DNA of 64,000 bases. Origin: Azolla caroliniana (lineage: Eukaryota; Plantae; Polypodiophyta). The stretch is taken from the NCBI GenBank assembly GCA_043228905.1, contig JBHGNT010000006.1:8184001-8248000 (forward strand). Direction: 5' to 3'. Under the pieces are notes generated by a model. That model had not been told where the DNA came from. It did not search any database and saw only the letters and a list, made by a program, of their open reading frames with translations. The translations under genes were made by a program, and so were the position numbers. Below, piece after piece: positions 12,701 through 23,235 of the stretch (position 1 is the stretch's first letter; each line of letters begins with the position of its first letter).

Positions 12701-14803
12701 TAATGTGGGTCAGCAATGTGAGTCAAATGGTAATGTATATTATTGTTACTGAAGTTTATCTTTAATTTGTTTCTTGGTAGTAGGTATCTCTAGGATGGGG
12801 CCATGCTCTTGCGTGTACAAAAAGTGGAGACTTGTATTCCTGGGGCTATCCTGCAAATGAGCGTCTTGGCTACACTCCAAATGGTTTGAATTTGCAACGA
12901 AAATCAAATTCAATTGTAAAAGAATCACCTATGAATTTAACTGAATTATGGGACCGTGTAAGCCAGAAAACAGAAGAAGAAATTAAGGGAGAACTACATA
13001 TCAGTTTTCAGTGGGAACCTCGTCTTGTGGATCTTGGTGATCTTAAAGCAGTTGGGGCTGCATGTGGATTCGATCATTCAATGGTGCTATGTGGTAAGAT
13101 CCTTGCTTCACACACTTTAATTAAGATGTGATGGATGTGCGATGGATGCAAATATTTATATTGGTATTGATACAAATTCGGGTCGTGTTTCTTGTGGTAG
13201 CATCAACTTATTGAAGAGATAATATCTTATTAATTTTGGAAGAGAGATATCCCATTGTAGGGAGTTTGTTGTCCTAGGTAAACCTCACTCCCCAAAAGAG
13301 ATTGTTTTAATATAGGACGAAAAATCCAAGCTGTGTCTCAAATAGATTTGTATAAAAAAAATCCTAGATTTATGCAAGGGTTTGCATTTATTTTTCTGTT
13401 TGCTTCTTATTTTTTGTTGCTCCATGCAGAATCTTTGACTTCTACATTTTCCAAATGTTTTCTCTTTTCTCCAACTAATTCTTCTGATCATGAATTTGTT
13501 TCTTTGGCTGTTAGGAGGCTTACCCCTTTCTCTTCTGATCCAGACTAAACCGTTATAGACTGCCTCATTATGTGATCATTTACATATCAAAACGTCGAAT
13601 GATATAAATAGAATGGGAAAACTTCATTATTTGGAAGCATTCCATCCATATTTATTAGCTTTTAATCCCCTCTCAGAAATCATCTCGAAAGGTCCTTCTG
13701 TCTTGTCTATCTATGATCTTCTTCTTTTGAAGGACAGTATCCAAATATTAGATCTCTCGTTCTGCCTAGATTTCTTTCCGAACTCCGCTTTCTCAATGCA
13801 TCTCATAATAATGCATCCTTGTTGTAAATAAAGTGTAAGAGGCATCCATATTTATAGACAACTTATTTTTTCTTCTACTAATCTGACCCAAATATAAACT
13901 TTAAAAAAAGGGATCTAACATAGATTACGTGAAACAATTCTCTAGTGTTAAATACATAGGAAGTCTAGTATTCTACCATCATAACCTTGTGTTGGTTCTA
14001 GGTACGATCCTACTGAAGGAATATCAATGTTTGTAACAATGACTTCTTTTCAGGCTCTAGGGACAAAAGTTCGCCAAATTGAAATGGGGATGCGTGATCC
14101 AAATGGTTTACTTATCCTCTATAATCAATACGTGAAAACATTCTCTAGTATTAAATACATAAACAAAAGTCTAGTATTCTCATAAGCTTGTGCTAATTCT
14201 AATGCAGTCTGCTTAATTTACATGATTTCCCTGTATTCTTGGCTCATTCTCACCAATTGTATTTTTCCTGGATTCCCAGATGATGGTTCCGTGTTGAGCT
14301 TTGGTGATAACTGCTATGGTCAGTTAGGGAGGACAATAGGGATAGATGGCACGGCAAGAGGAATAATACCAATAGAACATAAAGTCACCTCTATCAGTGC
14401 TGGCTTGGGCCATTCTCTCGCTATTGCTAACAATCCAATTCACGATGGGAATTATGCTGACAATTCTGTTCAGAATGCACAAGGTGCTATTGGAAATTAT
14501 GCATATTCATGGGGTTGGAATTCTGCCTCTCAACTTGGCAGGAGATCGTTGGGCAATGAACCTTTAATAATTCCTGGACTAGAGGGAAAACATTTGCTTG
14601 CTATTGATGGTGGAAGGGTACATTCTCTAGCAGTTACGACAGAAGGTGAGCTATGGACATGGGGTAGTGGGAAAAATGGTAGGTTAGGTCTAGGCTCCTT
14701 TGCTGATGAAGAAGAACCTTGTCTCGTGGAAAGTATACAACAGTCTAAAGTGCACCAAGCTGTCTGTGGAATGGATCACACAGTTCTTCTGGTCAATCAG
14801 TAA
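3768..14803 (+). CDS. RCC1-repeat (RCC1/UVR8/GEF-like, RUG-type) beta-propeller protein, 444 aa, probably organelle-targeted. Exons 3768-4051, 8226-8442, 12784-13093, 14280-14803
   Basis: The spliced exons stay in frame (284+217+310+524=1335 nt). They give RCC1 repeats SFGDCSQGALG, GHYHSFA..WSWGRNNEGQLG, WAWGKSKRGQLG, GWGHALA, CGFDHS, AGLGHSLA, GRVHSLA..WTWGSGKNGRLG. The N-terminus MLRTAAG..FFRRAY resembles a mitochondrial presequence. Confidence 0.9.
4797..7694 (+). mobile_element. 5'-truncated, decayed non-LTR retrotransposon (RTE-like LINE) in intron 1 of the RCC1-like gene
   Basis: Frameshifted RT pieces include IVPILKSGDPMTPSNYRTIMI, QASFRKG, LYAGDIVL (YADD site) and GLSINMNKTKVM. A C-terminal C..C..ESEEHY..HC motif follows. 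The 3' end has a small aggcca/tggcct hairpin (7640-7654) and a (TTTC)n tail (7671-7692). TTTCCT is a possible target duplication. Confidence 0.85.
10733..10952. repeat. Tandem duplication, unit 111 bp x2, intron 2
   Basis: aggaacttttgtacatt...atgtagatc repeated at 10733 and 10844 with several substitutions. Confidence 0.9.
11027..11136. repeat. Perfect 45-bp inverted repeat with a 20-nt loop (MITE-like foldback), flanked by TAT on both sides
   Basis: 11027-11071 GTGTTACGGGCATGACCATATCCTGTGGTAAGTTTTACCGTAGTA is the exact reverse complement of 11092-11136. Confidence 0.93.
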
Positions 14804-16173
14804 GAGAGGGTAAGAAATTTTCAAATGTGTATGTACACATGAGTATGTGATTGCGTGTGTGATATATATATATATATATATATATCATTCTTTTGAGAAT
14901 AAGTCTGATGAGTCTAAAAATAGCTGTAAACAGCCTATAGCAAAAAACATCTTCTGGATTATCAATTCATGTTTATACACGGGTATTCTTTTTAGCTCTT
15001 CCAAAGATATTGATGCTCCCATTGTTTACAAAGAGAACTTAGCCTTACCCTAATGGGAAATTTAAGGTAATCTCTCTTTAAAGAATTGTACATAATGCAG
15101 AATAATTCCATTCACCGTAAAGATACTTTTCGTTTGTTCTTCTGGGATATTGATCCACCTCTATATGTATAATTCTGGACTCTTTCCTTGCTTACTTTTT
15201 AAACGTTATTGTTGGCTCTAATTTAAGGAAGTAAACACCATCGTTTATTGCTTTTTTAATGTAGTAAACATTATTCTTAATTATTTTGAAGTAGATATTT
15301 CCACGTCGAATCAGATTCATGAGGGTAATAACATTCCTTGTATTGCTAGTACTACAAAATCAATGCATCAAATTAACACGAAGTTTTGTAATATTGGGTT
15401 CAAAAAACTCCCTGATCTTAAACATGGCATGGTAACAAAATTGTAAAACTAATGGTTTTACATGGGTTTGAAATACCATTTTCTTTACATGAGATACCTA
15501 AGAGCCATGATAAAGTTGGGATATGATTTTCCTCAGTCTTAGTGAAACCTATTATTATTATGTGCCATTTTGTTTATGAATCATACTGATTGCACATGGA
15601 TTCCATTCCTTTCCTAGACCTTCTTGTTGTGAACCATGCATGACACACCTATACTTCCGGCCCTTCTATTTTTATATTTTGTGATGTTTCTTTCACAGTT
15701 TGATTTATGATGCTAAGTTTATAATGTCTATTCAGTAAAAGACACTCTTAGCTATAGATTTACCATATTCAAATATTTAATATTGATAATAATATTGGGA
15801 AAGGTTCAAATATGGTGAATCTAGCAAAAACATGGCAACATTTGAGGTTAACAAAAATATGGTGAATATTAGTTAAAAGACTTAATGTGAACCAGAGAGA
15901 GAACCTACTCATACCTTGGAAGAAGTGGAATAATATAGCAGCAATGTTATAGAGTCCAACATGTCCCTGCAACATTAATTATGAAATGCCCATGCCTTTA
16001 CATTAACTTACATGGCTTGTAAATGCATTGTGTTTACATTAATACATCATCTTACATGGCTCGCAAAGTCATTTAATTCTCGGGTAGAAATAAGTCCATT
16101 GCCTAGAACCTTGAAAAACATCAAAAAGTGGGAATCTAACACACGCACACACACACAATGCTCTGTTGCGTCA

Positions 16174-16299
16174 CTTTAAAAGATGTCTACATCCATGTTA
16201 GAAGACACTAGACTCAAGTTAGATGAGAATGGACCGCTTTAAAAGATGTCTACATCCATGTTAGAAGACACTAGACTCAAGTTAGATGAGAACGGGCCA
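16174..16299. repeat. Tandem duplication, unit 63 bp x2
   Basis: ctttaaaagatgtctacatccatgttagaagacactagactcaagttagatgagaa at 16174 and 16237. Confidence 0.92.
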
Positions 16300-18817
16300 A
16301 GAACCTTTCCTTTTGAATAGTAAAGCAAAACAATGTTTGCATTTATAAATATAATCAAATCTTAACAAAGTCATATAGAATGCAACGTGTAAGGTCACTC
16401 AAGCCATTTAAGCCAGAAAAACAACAATACCAAATGGAATAGTTTCCTTCTTTCAGCCATAGAAATAGAAAGAAAATGGCAATAAAATGATAATACTAAT
16501 TTATAGTACGGGTCCCTTTTTTAATTCATTACAAAAGAGAAAAGAAGGGAATCGAATCATGAATGGGTATTATTATAATTAGTATAAACATAAAGGTGTA
16601 ATGTCTCTCTCCACATATACATACATATATGTGGGCATGACATAATTGGTATAATGAACACAAACACAACTATCATTAGAAGCTCTAGGAACTTTAATGA
16701 GCATCAACATGGATGCTCGTTGAATCTATAGTGATCGTTTGATGCTCATTGTAACTATCACAAATGTTAAATATTGTAGTGATCATTTGATGCTCATTGC
16801 ACATAATTTTCACAAATGTTAAATATTGGCTCTTGTTTCATGTCGCCAACGTGGTGCTCATTCCCTTTCAAGTCACACTTGTTTATAGGTTTTTGGTTGC
16901 GTTATTCTTGCTTTTTGTTTTTTCTTTTTAAATATCCTCGAGTTTATGTGGGGCGTATTTTTTATAGCACGATTTCTCCTCTGTCATCCCAAATTTGTCA
17001 TACAATACTTTTTTGGAAAGCTCTTGTTGTTAGTTTTTTCATGAATATTTTCTTTTGAAATTTGGATTTCGGATGAAAAAGTTAGGAGCTTTTTTCTCTA
17101 CCTAAATCTTCATATCCACCCCTTGCTTTTTTCTACTTTTTAAAAAACATCTCTAACTTTTATATCCCTTCAAGTTCCTTCCTCCTTTAATACTTGATCC
17201 TTTCATGTTGCACTTTATTCTTAGACATCTTAGCATCCAACATATTTGCAATAGTCTTTTCTTTTGAACGCAAAGTGTGAACTTAATCCTGCTTTGAAGC
17301 AATCATCTTAAACCATTCATCCACCGTTCGACCACGTCGTCGAATCCATGTAGTCCACAAGTCAATAAACTCCGTCTTGTAATCATTATACTTAGTTGTT
17401 GAGGACATTCGCAAGTGAAAGTTCATGCCACACTTCTTAGCTTTAAATTGTCACCAATAGTTAATAATTTACTTGTTGGTTTGGTAGCAAGGACTCATAC
17501 CAATCCCTTGCTTTACCATAAAAAATGGCCACCAATAGAGGAAGTTTCTCAATATCTGTCATCTTCCCTATTGATATTGCATGATGTTCAAAAGCAACCA
17601 AAAAGTAATATGAGAGATGGAGTGTGATCTATGGATCCCTAGATTGGCACACTCCAACTTTTGACACCTCATTGATTGCCTCTGTGCCTATCTGTGTGTT
17701 GCCGCCTCCAACATGTTCCCCACATCCCACCCCTACATTGCCCTCGAAGACTATGGCCACATGGAATCTAATTGTCATGCTCCACGATCCACCATCACAC
17801 TTTGGGAATGACTGTCCTTAACTCCACCAGAAGTCTCACACCATTTATGTTGATTTCACTATTGATAATATTCATAACACTCAAAGCCTAATCTTATTAG
17901 ATTCATTGGGGGAGTTGAGTGAAATATCATCTTAACTCATCCTGCAAGCACCACTATGTTTCAAATCAGCCATGCAACATCACATACATGCATTTGCCTT
18001 CAACCAAGCAACTAACGTTTGTGTGGTGGAATATATGCCTATCCGCCGCCAATACTTCAACTTCATCATTGAGTTGGTCTTTTGAAACATATTGTAATGG
18101 TCTCCATCATAACAATGACAATGCATCTTGTTATTCTACCATAAGTTCTCCCTCGTTAATCTGCGATAAAACATCCAACAATAATGAAAAGCATTCCAAA
18201 TGTTGATCGAGAGGTATGCAAGGAAGTCAAGGACTTACCTCACATTATTTTAGCTAGTCGTAAGTTAACTAGCCTAGAACCAAGATCTATGGGTTCAAGA
18301 CAACATTTACTCTATTGTTGACAGGACAAAGCCTAAGCCTACTACGTAATGCTGGTTATCAATGAACAATCAAGCAAGATCTAAACTTAACACTTAAACG
18401 CACACACACTTACACTCAAAAAGCCTAAACTTAGTTATTAAAACAATAAACAAGGAAATAAAAAATGGAAATGACAAAACCATCAATTGAGGGAATATAA
18501 AAACTTCAAATTAATACTTTAAGGTTTGGGTCCTAAAGTAAGATTAAGTTAAACAGTTATGTTATAATTAATGAGAGATTACGTTATTAGAAGAGGCTTA
18601 AGCTCTAACTTTATTAGATGTGAAGAAAAGCTTATAAGACTAGTGGAAGAGTGTTTTGAAAAACTAGATTCAAATATTTATGCTGCGGATCAAAAGACAT
18701 GAAGATGGAAAGTGATGAATTCTGAAAGAAGCAACTAATTCATAACAAACAAAGAATCATGTATTGATTCAAAGAGGCTTTCTTTATTCCCTAGAGCTTG
18801 ACAAAAGTGCATGTAAA

Positions 18818-18848
<31 letters not shown>

Positions 18849-19395
18849 CACACATGGGTATCTCCTGTGAAAAACAAAGGATATTTCTTACTCAACAGAA
18901 TAGTCATTGGATGAGAGATCAAGGCATGACCCAAACCAAACTCACACTATATATGATGTGATTTTCTATGCACGCATTCTCGAGAAGCAAACATATGCAA
19001 TGTTGATTATGTCTTTAACACTATTAAGGGACTTTGGTGAATTATCACAATTAAAAGCCATGGGATGGGGCCTGTCCCAAATCCAAACTCTGTTGATGCA
19101 ACAAGATGAAAAATTGGCAAAATGTTAATTTTCGTTTTAGTAAGGGAAAACTGAATTTCAAAAGCATTCGTAGTGATGTACACATAGCACAAAAAACGTG
19201 GTGTAAATAAAATATGGTTCTGTGATCAATAGCTCTCCGGCTAATTTTGGGCTCTTTGTTTCTTCACATGGCCAATCGAGATAAAAACTTGAACCAACAT
19301 ATATCTATCATTTCAATGAGATCCAATCAAAATCACATCAGAATCCAAATAATCAAAATATACATATATTTGTACACTTCACTTACAATAAGAAA

Positions 19396-21333
19396 TTAAC
19401 CCAACTGCCATTCCAGATACTCATCAAAGTCCTTATTGCTAGCATATTCCATGTATAAATTTGCTTTGAAATCCCGTTCATGCCTCCAAAGACAATTCAG
19501 CCCCACCAAAAGCTCTGTGATCGCAGCCTCGGCCTTTTCTCGATCCGCAAAGTAAAGAGTTTGTAGAAGCAAAACATTTGGTCGAGAAACTATTTGCTGT
19601 TGTTCAAAATTGTGCTCAGATTGCCACCTTATCATGTTATGGGCCATGGGAGCTAACCAACCCAAAACCTTTTCCAACACATCTTTCCACTCACCCACAA
19701 GGGCACATTCACATCCCAGTGAATTGGAACAACCTCTCATCAATGACCGTAGCTTCCCTCTTAAACGCATCTTTACATTCTTCGGAAGCATTTGATATAA
19801 CTCATCTCGAGCATCTTGGGTAATAAGTTGAGGATACCTTGCCATTTTCTCGGCTATAATGACCATGTTAGCATAGTGTAGAGCCAAGGCCGAGCCCCCA
19901 AGGGTTGAAGAAGGGGCATCTTGAAGCTTGCATTTCGGGTCAAAAAGCTGCCTATTCTGGCCCACATTATTACCATTCTGAGATAAACAACCAGGGTTAT
20001 CCCTACTTTGGAAGTTTAACCCATGAAATGCAACATCCATTGGACTACTATCAAAACTCTCCCCGGATCTCGATAGGTAGCTTGCACCACTTGTACTTCG
20101 TCGATGATGAGATTGACGCCCAGGGCTGAAGCAAAATGAAGCCATAAAGTTGTCACTGCTAGGTGACCGTATAGAGCTCAAATGTCTACTTGAGCTATTG
20201 TTGATATTTGAGTTATTATGTGCATTTGATGTATCAAGTGTAATTGAGATATTGTTGACATTTGAACTATCATTGGCATTTGATCTCTGGTTATGAGCAT
20301 TTGAGCTATTGTTGATAAGGTTAGCATTTGAGCTCAAATGTCCATTTAAGCTATTGTTTCCGAAAGGCGTTCCAGTAGAAGATCGAGCTTTGTGTGTGCT
20401 AACATCAAGTTCACACGGTGTTGTAACGCCCACCTCTGAGAAAGTAACATCATCCAACTTAGTGGAACTGGCATTGCTGAACTTTGGACAATCTGATGTT
20501 GATTGACTTCTTGAAAACGGGGTACTATAATCTATGTCTTTGTCGTCGACATTTTCAATGTTTGACAATGATAGAATTTGTGGCCATCCTTCCATTGAAG
20601 CAAAACCAAATATTTGGATAATTCTTCCATACATTGTACACACGGCACGTGCAAGAAACCCAACAACTCTATCATACGTCTGGCTCCAGAGTGAGACATC
20701 TTTTAAATACTTGACTTCTTGCCTTTGCCATATAGTCTTCTGTTGTAATGTATCCATATTCTCTTTCTGAGCTGAATCCTCCTCCTCTTGAAGTCTCCTT
20801 AGTGCCTGCTCCATTTCTGAGAGGATTTCAAGCTCTTGGTAAAGGTTAGAAGTGCTAGCAATATATTTCTCCATCTTCTTTATTTTTGCATCCATTTCTT
20901 TTTTGGTGTATTCAAGTTCACCAACATCAATAGTATGCTTCAAGATATCATTGTAGATGTGCTCAAAACCCATTAATGACGGTTCAGAACATCTCTTGCC
21001 TAACCTAGCAACAGCATAAGCTATTGTAGTGAGCTCATGCAGCTTCTCCATGGAAGCTAGACTTAGAAGAACCTTTTCATTGCTTGAGACAAGGTTAAGA
21101 ACCCCTTCTGATTTGATCACCTCAGCAGTTAATCTTCTTATTTCTTGTTCACTCAAAGAATACCATAATTGCACACATTTTGACATAGCACTAGACACTT
21201 CGAAGGCAAGAATCCCAATCTTAGATTTCTCAACTTTAGTGTTTCTCTTGCTTTGTCTGAATACAAACTTCCCTGAAGAAGCCTTGGCACCATGAGTATC
21301 ACTCCTGCTAGTAGTACTTGCCTGTATCCCCAT
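19396..21333 (-). CDS. DUF3475 + DUF668 domain protein (PSK SIMULATOR-like family), intronless CDS, 645 aa
   Basis: Long ORF. The N-terminal KIGILAFEVSSAMSK..LWYSLSEQEIRRL..IKSEGV is DUF3475. The C-terminal TLGGSALALHYANMVI..ARDELYQMLP..WLAPMAHNMIRWQSE..LQTLYFADREK is DUF668. The first in-frame ATG is at 21333 (MGIQAS). Confidence 0.93.
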   Translation of the reverse strand: MGIQASTTSRSDTHGAKASSGKFVFRQSKRNTKVEKSKIGILAFEVSSAMSKCVQLWYSLSEQEIRRLTAEVIKSEGVLNLVSSNEKVLLSLASMEKLHELTTIAYAVARLGKRCSEPSLMGFEHIYNDILKHTIDVGELEYTKKEMDAKIKKMEKYIASTSNLYQELEILSEMEQALRRLQEEEDSAQKENMDTLQQKTIWQRQEVKYLKDVSLWSQTYDRVVGFLARAVCTMYGRIIQIFGFASMEGWPQILSLSNIENVDDKDIDYSTPFSRSQSTSDCPKFSNASSTKLDDVTFSEVGVTTPCELDVSTHKARSSTGTPFGNNSLNGHLSSNANLINNSSNAHNQRSNANDSSNVNNISITLDTSNAHNNSNINNSSSRHLSSIRSPSSDNFMASFCFSPGRQSHHRRSTSGASYLSRSGESFDSSPMDVAFHGLNFQSRDNPGCLSQNGNNVGQNRQLFDPKCKLQDAPSSTLGGSALALHYANMVIIAEKMARYPQLITQDARDELYQMLPKNVKMRLRGKLRSLMRGCSNSLGCECALVGEWKDVLEKVLGWLAPMAHNMIRWQSEHNFEQQQIVSRPNVLLLQTLYFADREKAEAAITELLVGLNCLWRHERDFKANLYMEYASNKDFDEYLEWQLG

Positions 21334-21409
21334 CCTGAAGTGTATAGCCAAAGGAACGGGATGTGTGTTAATGACATCAGTATGGATCTACCCCATCTAT
21401 GAGAGAAGC

Positions 21410-21620
21410 TTGCATAAATTTTAAGGGATGGCATTCTAAGCAGCATAAATTTGATGGGGTTGCTAAATAGCATAAATATGATGGATCACAATTTAAATAA
21501 CATAAATTTGATGAGTTACAATCTGATTAGCATACATTTGAAGAGATCACAATTAGTTAGCATATAGTCAAGGATGGCTAAATCTAATTGCATAATTTAA
21601 TGGGATCACAATCTCTTAGC
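21410..21620. repeat. Degenerate minisatellite, about 30-bp unit, about 7 copies, just upstream of the DUF668 start codon
   Basis: Recurring GCATAAATTTGATGGRTCACAATYTRATTA-like units at about 30-bp spacing. Confidence 0.75.
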
Positions 21621-22029
21621 AACCTTGATCCCACAATATTTCCAATGCTTTCATGGAGTGATAAGTTTGTTAACCGCTCCAAGAATATGAGTTGAACCAA
21701 ATAGAACATATACAGCTAAATAGAAGGGAATTTCAGAAGAATTTACCTGCATTAAAAGAAGAAAATTCCAGCTAACAGTGTGGACTAGCTATATTGAGCT
21801 TGCATTGTTGAAGCGATGAACAGTAAACTACCTTGTTGGCAATCATAGTCTTCTTGGATGAAGATGATTTTACCAAGACATAAGCATTGACATGTATATG
21901 TATAGATATATGGTTTTCCACTTCAGAAATGCACGTTTCCTTGGGTGAAAAGAAACAATTTCATCTTCATTAATGTGCCATAAATGTGCCTCATCATTAT
22001 GCACCTCTTTCAAGTGGTGGTCTACTAGT

Positions 22030-22510
22030 GATCTGTAAAATGGGTTAATGGCCACTTCAAATTCTCTATGAAATGGGTTAATGGTCATTAATCAAAATAA
22101 GTTGATCAACAATAATGATTTTAGAGAAAGATAATGATCATTCCTCAGATGGGTTCATGGGCATAGGCACAATCTATGAAATGGGTTAATAAACACTACT
22201 AATGATTGTTGAACTGGGTTAATGAGGATTTGTCAAATGGGTGAGCAGACACTACTAATTATTTCCGAGATATGTAAAGGGTCACAAATCAAGCAGATTA
22301 ATAGCCACTAATCAAATGGCTAATGACCTGTGAAATGGGATAATGGCCAGTAATCGAATGGGCTAATAATCTGGTGATCATTATTCATATGGGTTAATGG
22401 TCACTGATCAAATGAGTTAATGGAACTAGTACTGATGATCTCTGAAAGGTGTCAATGTATACTTAATTCATGCCTGTGAACACTAAACGATCCCTGAAAT
22501 GGTGGTTTAA
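22030..22510. repeat. Degenerate tandem repeat with core AAATGGGTTAATGG
   Basis: About 10 variants of the core at irregular 20-60 bp spacing. Confidence 0.7.
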
Positions 22511-22679
22511 ACAATGCACAAATCCACTCTAAATCAACCATGTTTTGCTGATTACTTTATCATTTTTCATGTATATCACTGTTATCTTGGATGCATAACT
22601 AACCATAGAACAACATACTAAGATATCGGCCTTCAAAAAGAAACATTAGGTTTCACCCTAGCGTTTTGAAGATCGGAGA

Positions 22680-23143
22680 GAAAGACGGACAGATAGACAG
22701 AGAGAAAGAGAGAAGACAAAGAATACGATAAAATAGGATATTTACCCTTTCTTTCGTTCTTTCTGTCTGTCAGTCAGTCAGTCAGTCAGTCAGTCTGTCT
22801 GTCTGTCTGTCTGTGTGTGAGGAGGGAGAAGGAAGAAGGAGGAGCTAACTAACAGGCGATCTGATGATATAATGTTTCATGGGGATGGAGAAGATCCAAA
22901 AACAAAAAGAAGAAGAAGAAGAAGAAGAAGAAGGAAGAAGGCAGAAAACAAAACACAGAGAGAGAGAGAGAGAACTATCTACGATCCTATTCATCTCTCC
23001 GTCTCTTTCTTTTCTTTTTCTCCGACTTTCTCTGTCTTTCTTCCTCTGTCTCTCTCTGTCTCTGTTTCTTTTGCTTTCTTTCTCTGTGTATGTACATATA
23101 CATATACATATACATATACATACATATATACATACATATACAC

Positions 23144-23224
<81 letters not shown>

Positions 23225-23235
23225 TGTACATACAT
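22680..23235. repeat. Microsatellite cluster (TCAG)n, (TCTG)n, (GAA)n, (GA)n, (TC)n and a long (TACATA)n (about 23092-23235) around the probable 5' end of the DUF668 gene
   Basis: Directly visible simple repeats. Confidence 0.95.

Noticed and set aside
3768-14803. UVR8 photoreceptor
   Set aside because: It lacks the GWRHT tryptophan motifs and the C-terminal VP motif region of UVR8.
17280-18210. Possible decayed coding or transposon remnant between the two convergent genes
   Set aside because: The composition looks coding-derived, but I found no motif or termini I could assign.
21334-21351. TTG start given by the ORF track for the DUF668 protein (likewise 49669 for the copia ORF)
   Set aside because: Non-ATG starts are a prokaryote-style track artefact. 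The first ATGs at 21333 and 49723 are preferred.
22030-22510. Repeated core with variable spacers, CRISPR-like
   Set aside because: The cores are short and degenerate, the spacing is irregular and the spacers are partly homologous to each other.
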